64,000 nucleotides of DNA from a bacterium (GTDB lineage: Bacteria > Vulcanimicrobiota > Vulcanimicrobiia > Vulcanimicrobiales > Vulcanimicrobiaceae): contig JAJYFM010000001.1 of assembly GCA_021790895.1 (NCBI GenBank), forward strand, positions 4,494-68,493, read 5' to 3'. The notes beneath the pieces are model-generated. The model had not been told where the DNA came from. It did not search any database and saw nothing but the letters and a program-made list of their open reading frames with translations. A program made the translations under genes and the position numbers. Positions within the stretch are counted from its first letter, which is position 1. Each line of letters opens with the position of its first letter. Shown here in pieces: positions 22,253 to 29,644 of this stretch.

Positions 22253-23557
22253 ATGAACGATCGAACCTTCGGCTTCGCGACGCGCGCCATCCATGCCGGA
22301 ACGCCTCCCGACCCCGTCACGGGCGCACGCGCGGCACCGATCTATCAGAGCTCCGCATTCGTCTTCGGCTCCACCGAGGAGGCGGCCGAACTCTTCGCAT
22401 TGCGGGGTTACGGACACATCTATAGCAGAATCAGCAATCCCACCGTTGCTTCGTTTGAAGAGCGCATGGCGAGCCTCGAAGGCGGGCTCGGCGCGGTCGC
22501 ATTCTCGAGCGGACTCGCCGCGCAACTCGCAATCGTCCTTGCACTCGCGCGAAACGGCGACCACATCCTCTGCTCGCAAAGCGTCTACGGCGGAACGATC
22601 ACGCAATTTTCTATAACGTTGGAACGCATGGGGATCGCGGTCACCTTCGTGCCGCTCGACGACCCAAACGCCATGCGCGCCGCGCTACGCCCCGAAACGA
22701 AGATGCTCTTCGTTGAAACGATCGGCAACCCGTCAGGTTCGATCGCCGATCTCAAAGAACTCGCGGCATTCGCGCACGACAACGGCTTCCCGCTCGTCGT
22801 CGATAACACGTTCGCTTCTCCCTATTGCTGCCGCCCCATCGAGTTCGGCGCCGATATCGTCGTCGCATCGGCGACGAAATTCATCTGCGGACACGGAACG
22901 ACCGTCGGCGGCATCGTCGTCGATGCAGGGCGCTTCGACTATGGATCGGCGCGCTTTCCGTTACTCTCCGAACCGAGCCGCGGCTATCATGGGAAGATTT
23001 TCACCGAGACCTTCGGCGAGTATGCGTTCCTGATGCGGCTGCGCGCGGAGATTCTCCGCGACGTCGGCGCGCAACTCGGCGCACACGATGCATGGCTCTT
23101 GCTGCAAGGTCTCGAGACGCTGCCGCTCCGAATGGAACGCCACGTCGCCAACGCGCAAGCGATCGCGCAGCATCTCGAACGCCACCCCGACGTCGTTTGG
23201 GTACGTTACCCCGGCCTGCCCTCGCATCCCGATCACGCTCGCGCCGCGCGTTATCTGCCGCGCGGAGCAGGGTCGGTCTTTACCTTCGGCATTCGTGGCG
23301 GACGCGATGCCGGTCGGCGTTTCATCGACGCGTTGGAATTATGGAGCCATCTCGCCAACGTCGGCGATGCGAAATCGCTGGTCATCCACCCCGCCTCGAC
23401 GACGCACTCGCAACTCAACGACCAAGAGATGCTCGCCGCAGGCGTTGCGCCCGAAGCGATTCGTCTCTCGGTCGGTCTCGAAGATCGCGAAGATCTCCTT
23501 TGGGATCTCGAGCGGGCGCTTGCGCAGGCGCACTCCGGTGAGGCGGCGAGCCGATGA
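22253..23557 (+). CDS. metY: O-acetylhomoserine/O-acetylserine sulfhydrylase (Cys/Met metabolism PLP enzyme)
   Basis: 434 aa. PLP-lysine region SATKFICGHGT and typical N-terminal FATRAIHAG and YSRISNPT. Confidence 0.9.
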   Translation: MNDRTFGFATRAIHAGTPPDPVTGARAAPIYQSSAFVFGSTEEAAELFALRGYGHIYSRISNPTVASFEERMASLEGGLGAVAFSSGLAAQLAIVLALARNGDHILCSQSVYGGTITQFSITLERMGIAVTFVPLDDPNAMRAALRPETKMLFVETIGNPSGSIADLKELAAFAHDNGFPLVVDNTFASPYCCRPIEFGADIVVASATKFICGHGTTVGGIVVDAGRFDYGSARFPLLSEPSRGYHGKIFTETFGEYAFLMRLRAEILRDVGAQLGAHDAWLLLQGLETLPLRMERHVANAQAIAQHLERHPDVVWVRYPGLPSHPDHARAARYLPRGAGSVFTFGIRGGRDAGRRFIDALELWSHLANVGDAKSLVIHPASTTHSQLNDQEMLAAGVAPEAIRLSVGLEDREDLLWDLERALAQAHSGEAASR

Positions 23558-24036
23558 TCCTCACTCGCCCCTCAGAGTACCGCGACCTGCTCGCGCGCAG
23601 CAAAAGCATCGCTATGGTCGGCGCATCGAGCGACCCGTTGCGCCCGAGCTATACCGTCTTCTCGTTCGTACGCACCGGCGGGCTCTTCTCCGTCGTGCCG
23701 ATCAATCCGAAGCTCGACGAGATCGACGGTCTCCGCGCATATCCTTCGCTCGTTCAATATGCCGAAGCGCTCGGCGCGCCCGATATCGTCGACGTCTTCC
23801 GCAATCCGGCCTCGGTGCTCCCGGTCGTCGACGAAAGCATCGCCGTCGGCGCGAAAGCGATCTGGTTCCAATACGGCGTGATCAACGAAGAAGCGATCGC
23901 CCGTGCCGACGCCGCCGGGATCGACGTCGTCGTCGACCGCTGCATCAAAGTCGAGATCGCACGCTTTCACGGAGGTCTTGCGACCGCGGGGCTCAATAGC
24001 GGCGTCATCACCTCGCGTCGCAGCGGAGTTCGATGA
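23554..24036 (+). CDS. CoA-binding domain protein (YccU/YneT-like)
   Basis: 160 aa. SIAMVGASSDPLRPSY Rossmann-like CoA_binding_2 signature. ATGA overlaps on both sides. Confidence 0.85.
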   Translation: MILTRPSEYRDLLARSKSIAMVGASSDPLRPSYTVFSFVRTGGLFSVVPINPKLDEIDGLRAYPSLVQYAEALGAPDIVDVFRNPASVLPVVDESIAVGAKAIWFQYGVINEEAIARADAAGIDVVVDRCIKVEIARFHGGLATAGLNSGVITSRRSGVR

Positions 24037-25145
24037 GTCGAGAACGCGAGGCCGAGCATCTCGACACGCGCATTCTCGCGACGATAGAACGCTGGCATCG
24101 CCACGGAGACTCTCTGAGCGACGCGGAATTCGACGACCTCGCCATCGCGATTTTCGACTACCAGTTGCGCTACGCACCGGCGTACGCGGCGTACTGCGCG
24201 GGGTACGGGATTTCGCCGAGCGCGCTGCCGACGACATGGCGCGCGATTCCGCCGCTCCCCGCGCGTGCGTTCAAAGAGGCCGCAATCGCCGCGTTTCCGA
24301 GCGAATGCGCCGAATTACTCTTCGAGAGCAGCGGCACCACCCTCGGCGCACCGAGTCGGCATTTTCTCGAAAACCGCCGCCTCTACGACGCGTCGCTGCT
24401 CGCGGGCTTCGAACGAGCGATGCTCGGCGACGGAGCACGGCTCCGTTATCTGCTCCTCGTTCCGAACCCCGCACAACGCCCCCACTCTTCGCTCGGCTAT
24501 ATGATGGGGCGCGTCGCCGCGCAGTTCGGTGACGGCGAGACCGGCTGGTACCTCAACGAGGATCGCTTCCTGCTCGATGCGTTTACCGCCGATATTGACG
24601 ATGCATGCGAGCGCGCGCAGCCGGTCTGCATCGCCACCACCGCATTCTCGCTTCTCCATCTCCTCGAGGCATTCGAAGAGCGCGGCAAAACGCTCGCCCT
24701 TCCCGCAGGCTCGCGCATGATGGAGACCGGCGGTTTCAAAGGGCGCGAGCGCTCCGTAGCGCGAGAGGAGCTCTACGCACGCGCGATGCATGCGTTCGGA
24801 ATCTCCGCCGAAAGCATTCTCGCCGAATATGGAATGAGCGAGCTCTGCTCGCAGTACTACGATCTTCCGGGCTCGGAGCGACGTGTCGCCGACGCGATCC
24901 ATCGCGTGAAAATCGCGCCGCCGTGGCTTCGCACACGCGTCCTCGACGAACGCGAGCGCGATTGCGCTCCGGGAACGATCGGAGCGCTCGCGCATATCGA
25001 TCTCGCAAATCGTAGTTCCTGTCTCGCCGTGCTCACCGAAGATCTCGGGGCCAGCCTCGACGAGGGCATCGTGCTCCTCGGGCGCGAGAGCGGCGCAGCG
25101 TTGCGCGGCTGCTCGCTCGACGCCGAAGATCTCCGTCGAGCGTGA
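24033..25145 (+). CDS. LuxE-like acyl-protein synthetase (adenylate-forming)
   Basis: 370 aa. N-terminal FDDLAIAIFDYQLRYAPAYAAYC and FESSGTT motifs resemble the LuxE family (PaaK-related fold). Size fits LuxE. Confidence 0.75.
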   Translation: MSREREAEHLDTRILATIERWHRHGDSLSDAEFDDLAIAIFDYQLRYAPAYAAYCAGYGISPSALPTTWRAIPPLPARAFKEAAIAAFPSECAELLFESSGTTLGAPSRHFLENRRLYDASLLAGFERAMLGDGARLRYLLLVPNPAQRPHSSLGYMMGRVAAQFGDGETGWYLNEDRFLLDAFTADIDDACERAQPVCIATTAFSLLHLLEAFEERGKTLALPAGSRMMETGGFKGRERSVAREELYARAMHAFGISAESILAEYGMSELCSQYYDLPGSERRVADAIHRVKIAPPWLRTRVLDERERDCAPGTIGALAHIDLANRSSCLAVLTEDLGASLDEGIVLLGRESGAALRGCSLDAEDLRRA

Positions 25146-26353
25146 CCGCGCTCTCCTCGCTCTCGACGCGCGCGATCGCAACCGCGATCGGCGATGCCGC
25201 GACGCGTTGGTGCGACGCCGATTTTCCGCCGCGCGTCCGCGTGACCGAGGATATCGCGGAACGAACCGGTTATAGCGTTCCCGCCGTCGAGTTCGCGCTC
25301 GATGCGCTCTTCGGCGAGTTGCGCACCGCTGCGCTGCTCGAGACGATCGGACGCGAACTCGGCGATCCTGCAGCGCTCGATGCCCCCACGCCGCGGATAC
25401 TCCCGCTCGGGCGCATCGCGATTCTCTCCAGCCGCACCACGATCGGCGTGGCGATCCCCGCGATGTGCTTTGCGCTCTGCGCGAAGAACGACGTGCTCGT
25501 GAAGGATCGCGAAGATCGTCTCGTCGCCGCTTTTGCCGAAACGCTCGGAGAGGAGCTCGAAGCCTTCGATCGCGCACTCCACGTCGAGAACTGGGATGCG
25601 CGTCACAAAGGAACGCGTTTGCAAGATGCACGTCTCATCGTCGTCTATGGCAACGACGAAACGATCGCCAACGTGACGAGCGAGCATGCGGGAAGCGCGC
25701 GTACTATCGGCTTTGGTTCGCGCACGAGCATCGGCTTTCTCGGCGCCGCGGCGCAGAGCGAGCCCGCTGCGCGCGCGGTTGCGCTCGCCGGTGCCGCGCG
25801 CGATGCGAGCCTCTACGAAGGCGACGGTTGCATGAGCCTGCACGCACTCTTTTTCGAACGGAGTTCCGCCGGCGATCCAAACGCACTCGCCGCCGAGTTC
25901 GCTGCGGCAATGGAGCGCGCGGCGATCGAGTTTCCCGTCGGGACGCGCTCGACATCGCAGCGCGCCGCGATGCTGCAAGAGCGCAATCTTGCAGCGTTTC
26001 GCGCCGCTGCCGGGAACGGCGCCGCATTTTGCGACGAACACCTCAGTTTTCTCGTGCTGCTCGCGCCGCCGACGCAGGAGCCGCCGAAGTTCTTGCCGCG
26101 AACCGTCGTATTGTTGCCGGTCGGCTCCCTTGAGGAGATCGCCGCCTACGTCGAACGGCACGCCTTGCCGGTGGAATGCCTCGGCGTTACCGGGACTCCG
26201 CGCTCGTACGCGGAACTAGCCTCGCGTATCGGCGCCGCTCGCATCGCACCACTCGGTGAGATGCAACGGCCGCCGCTCGGTGCACATCACGGTGGGCGCC
26301 CTCGGATCGCCGAGTACGTCCGCTTCCTCGATGTCGACGGAGAGCATCTGTGA
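25142..26353 (+). CDS. LuxC-like acyl-CoA (acyl-protein) reductase
   Basis: 403 aa, aldehyde-dehydrogenase-like, with a candidate catalytic Cys in YEGDGCMSLHALF. Follows the luxE-like gene with a GTGA overlap. Confidence 0.75.
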   Translation: MTALSSLSTRAIATAIGDAATRWCDADFPPRVRVTEDIAERTGYSVPAVEFALDALFGELRTAALLETIGRELGDPAALDAPTPRILPLGRIAILSSRTTIGVAIPAMCFALCAKNDVLVKDREDRLVAAFAETLGEELEAFDRALHVENWDARHKGTRLQDARLIVVYGNDETIANVTSEHAGSARTIGFGSRTSIGFLGAAAQSEPAARAVALAGAARDASLYEGDGCMSLHALFFERSSAGDPNALAAEFAAAMERAAIEFPVGTRSTSQRAAMLQERNLAAFRAAAGNGAAFCDEHLSFLVLLAPPTQEPPKFLPRTVVLLPVGSLEEIAAYVERHALPVECLGVTGTPRSYAELASRIGAARIAPLGEMQRPPLGAHHGGRPRIAEYVRFLDVDGEHL

Positions 26354-27651
26354 GCGAACCGCTGGAGAACGTACGCGGCCCCATTCCCGGAAAGCGCAGC
26401 ACCGAGTTGCTCGCGCGTCTCCGCGCGCATGAATCGCGCAATGTGACCGCAATAGAAGAGCGCTTCCCCGTCGTCTGGGAATCGGCGCTCGGATCGGTCG
26501 TCACCGATGTCGACGGGAATGAGTACCTCGATCTCACCTCAGCATTCGGCGTCGCGGCGATCGGGCACAGCAATCCCTACGTCGCGTCGGCGGTCGCCGA
26601 CCAAGTCGTGCGACTCGCGCACGGCATGGGCGACGTTCACCCCAGCGAGGTACGGATCGAGCTGCTGGAGCGTATCGCTTCGCTTCTCCCGCCCGGGCTC
26701 GGCCATACCTACCTCGCAACCTCGGGCTCCGAAGCGATCGAGGTTGCATTGAAGACCGCGATACTCGCAACCGGAAAGCCCGGCCATGCGAGCTTTCGCA
26801 ATAGCTATCACGGCTTGAGCCTTGGGGCGTTGGAAGTCACCGGAATAGAACGCTTTCGCGCGCCGTTCGCAGGAGCGATCGGCGGCGACGCGCTCTTTCT
26901 CGATTATCCGCGCGCGCGAAATGCCGCCGACGACGATGCCGCCGCGGCGCTCGAGCACGTGCGTTCGGCGCTCCGCGCGCGCAGCGATATCGGCGCGCTC
27001 GTCATCGAGCCGATCCAGGGACGCGGCGGCGTCATCCTTCCACCGACCGGTTTTTTGAGCGGCGTTCGCGAGATCTGTCGCGAGCTCGATATCCTCATGG
27101 TCGTCGATGAAATATGGACCGGCTTCGGGCGTACGGGGACGATGTTCGCCTGCGAACGCGAGGCGGTCGTTCCCGATCTGCTCTGCATCGGCAAAGCGAT
27201 GGGTGGCGGTCTCCCGATTGCCGCAGTCGCCGGCACCGAAGCAGCGATGAACGCGTGGCCGCTCTCGGAGGGCGAAGCGCTGCACACATCGACGTTTCTC
27301 GGCAATCCGCTCGCCTGCGCGGCCGCGCTTGCAACCATCGGCGAGATCGAGCGCAATGAACTCGTCGCACGGGCAAAGCATATCGGCGTAACGATGGTCT
27401 CCCGACTTGGGAATCTCCACCATCATAAGAGCGTCCTCGATATTCGCGGTCGCGGCATGATGTGGGGTGTCGAACTCGACAGCGCGGCGAGCGCGCATGA
27501 AGCGGTCGTACGTGCGTTATCGCTCGGTCTCATCATCTTGCAAGCCGGACCGGAGGGAAATGTGATCTCCATTACGCCACCACTCGTTATGAGCGAGCGA
27601 CAGCTCTTCCGTGCGATCGATCTCCTCGACCGCGCATTGGCACCGCGATGA
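26350..27651 (+). CDS. class III PLP-dependent aminotransferase (acetylornithine/GABA/omega-transaminase family)
   Basis: 433 aa. Motifs GSEAIEVALK, DEIWTGFGRTG and PLP-lysine CIGKAMGGG. Confidence 0.9.
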   Translation: MSEPLENVRGPIPGKRSTELLARLRAHESRNVTAIEERFPVVWESALGSVVTDVDGNEYLDLTSAFGVAAIGHSNPYVASAVADQVVRLAHGMGDVHPSEVRIELLERIASLLPPGLGHTYLATSGSEAIEVALKTAILATGKPGHASFRNSYHGLSLGALEVTGIERFRAPFAGAIGGDALFLDYPRARNAADDDAAAALEHVRSALRARSDIGALVIEPIQGRGGVILPPTGFLSGVREICRELDILMVVDEIWTGFGRTGTMFACEREAVVPDLLCIGKAMGGGLPIAAVAGTEAAMNAWPLSEGEALHTSTFLGNPLACAAALATIGEIERNELVARAKHIGVTMVSRLGNLHHHKSVLDIRGRGMMWGVELDSAASAHEAVVRALSLGLIILQAGPEGNVISITPPLVMSERQLFRAIDLLDRALAPR

Positions 27652-28697
27652 GCGCTCCTATCCGCGTCGGGATCGTCGGGAGCGGCTTCGGTGCGAGCAC
27701 GCACCTCCCCGCACTCCGCGCGCACGCGCGCTTCGAGGTGATCGCCATCGCTTCGCCGCGCAATGCCGCCCGCATCGCCGCCGATCGAAAGATCGAGCAT
27801 GCGTTTTCTTCCTGCGCCGAGATGCTCGCCGGCTGCATGCTCGACGCCGTCGTCGTTGCATCGCCGCCCTTTGCCCACCACGACGATGCGCTCGCGGCGC
27901 TCCGATCCGGGAAGCACGTCCTCTGCGAGAAACCCTTTGCGCTTGATATCGCGCAGGCCGAAGAGTTGGTGGCAACGGGAAAATCGGCCGGCACAGCGTG
28001 TGGAATCGCACATGAGTTTCGCTTCCGCCCCGAGCGAATTGCGTTGGCGGAACTGGTCGCCAACGGCCATCTCGCACCGATCAGGGAGATCGAATACACG
28101 CAACTGTCGGGTTTCCTGCGCGCAAAGGAGATGAGGCCACGCGGATGGTGGTTTCAACGCGCGCGCGGCGGCGGTATCGCCGGCGCGATGCTCTCGCACG
28201 CGATTGACGCAGCGAACGCCGTCCTCGGTATGATCCCGGTCGAGGCGATCGGCACACTGCGTACGGCAAACCCCGAGCGCTGCGACGCCGAGGGTACGTT
28301 TATCAGCGAGGTCGACGACGGCGCTTTCGCCCTGCTGCGCTACGCCGATGGTACCGTTGCACGCTTAAGCGTCGACGGCACGGCGGCAGTCGATTCTTTC
28401 ACTTTTGCGATTCACGGCGAGAGCCGCACTGCCGTCTGCAGTGGGAAGAGTATCGCCGATCAGCGCTTCTTCAGTGTCGACGACGAGGAGACGAACGAAC
28501 TCGACTGCGCGCCCTCACGGTACGCTCGTTTCGCCGCAATCAATGCGAACGTTCCGCCGATGATGGAGCTCTACGATGCGTGGGTTGCGAAGATTGACGG
28601 AAGCACCGCTCCGAGCGCGGCCGGGCAGGCGCTCCCGAGCTTCGCTGACGGACTTGCGACGCAGCGCATTCTCGCCGCGATCGGTTTCGGGAAATAA
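27648..28697 (+). CDS. Gfo/Idh/MocA family NAD(P)-dependent oxidoreductase
   Basis: 349 aa. N-terminal IRVGIVGSGFGASTHLPAL Rossmann motif and EKPFAL motif. Confidence 0.85.
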   Translation: MSAPIRVGIVGSGFGASTHLPALRAHARFEVIAIASPRNAARIAADRKIEHAFSSCAEMLAGCMLDAVVVASPPFAHHDDALAALRSGKHVLCEKPFALDIAQAEELVATGKSAGTACGIAHEFRFRPERIALAELVANGHLAPIREIEYTQLSGFLRAKEMRPRGWWFQRARGGGIAGAMLSHAIDAANAVLGMIPVEAIGTLRTANPERCDAEGTFISEVDDGAFALLRYADGTVARLSVDGTAAVDSFTFAIHGESRTAVCSGKSIADQRFFSVDDEETNELDCAPSRYARFAAINANVPPMMELYDAWVAKIDGSTAPSAAGQALPSFADGLATQRILAAIGFGK

Positions 28698-28705
28698 CGC
28701 GCCAC

Positions 28706-28829
28706 GCGCACCACTGTCAGCCCGAGTAGCGCGTAGCGCACCACTGTCAGCCCGAGTAGCGCGTAGCGCACCACTGTCAGCCCGAGTAGCGCGAAGCGCA
28801 CCACTGTCAGCCCGAGTAGCGCGTAGCGC
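28706..28829. repeat. 30-bp direct tandem repeat, 4 copies plus a partial copy
   Basis: Unit gcgcaccactgtcagcccgagtagcgcgta at 28706, 28736, 28766 (one t-to-a change) and 28796. Copies abut with no spacers. Confidence 0.95.
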
Positions 28830-28930
28830 GTATCGAGGGCACCGCGCACATCTCGATACCGCATGCCTCGATACGCTGCCGAGCCTGCCCTGAGCGAGCG
28901 AAGCGAGTCGAAGGGGCAGCTACTCGGCAT

Positions 28931-29640
28931 GACAGCGAAGCTATTCGGCGCGGCGACGATCAATGCAGCGGCGCGCGACGACGCCTGCGGATGCACCCGA
29001 CGAGCGTCTAGCGAGGAGCGGTGCGCCGCAGGCGTGGTACGCGCGCGCCTCGATACGCGCTTCGCGCTACTCGGCGTGACAAGCTACGCGCGCCTCGATA
29101 CGCCGCTTCGCGGCTACTCGGCGTGACAGCGAAGCTATTTGGCGCGGCAACGATCAATGCAGCGGCGCGCGACGACGCCTGCGGATGCACCCGACGAGCG
29201 ATTAAGCGAGCGGCGAGGACCCTGACATTGCTTGTCCGAGCCGCGAGCGTCTAGCGAGGAGCGGTGCGCCGCAGGCGTGGTACGCGCGCGCCTCGATACG
29301 CGCTTCGCGGCTACTCGGCGTGACAAGCTACGCGCGCCTCGATACGCCGCTTCGCGCTACTCGGCGTGACAGCGAAGCTATTTGGCGCGGCAACGATCAA
29401 TGCAGCGGCGCGCGACGACGTCTGCGGATGCACCCGACGAGCGATTAAGCGAGCGGCGAGGACCCTGACATTGCTTGTCCGAGCCGCGAGCGTCTAGCGA
29501 GGAGCGGTGCGCCGCAGGCGTGGTAAGCGCGCGCGCCTCGATACGCGCTTCGCGCTACTCGGCGTGACAGCGACCTGCTCGGCGTGGTAAGCGTGCGCGC
29601 CTCGATACGCCGCTTCGCGGCTACTCGGCGTGACAATGCA
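28931..29640. repeat. long direct repeat, 3 copies (194 bp, then 243 bp, then 243 bp or slightly more), each with an internal hairpin and paired ~45-bp sub-repeats
   Basis: Copies begin at gacagcgaagctatt at 28931, 29125 and 29368. Copies 2 and 3 carry a 49-bp segment absent from copy 1. The sub-repeat cgcctcgatacgc(c)gcttcgcg(g)ctactcggcgtgaca occurs twice per unit. Confidence 0.9.
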
Positions 29641-29644
29641 CGCG

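Noticed and set aside
24315-26161. Two ~435-aa minus-strand ORFs opposite the luxE-like and luxC-like genes
   Set aside because: They are Arg-rich with no motifs. The plus-strand genes have family resemblance and a perfect chain of coupled start/stop overlaps.
28706-28829. Possible CRISPR array (regular 30-bp repeats)
   Set aside because: The repeat period equals the repeat length, so copies abut with no unique spacers. No cas genes or leader are present. It is a plain tandem repeat.
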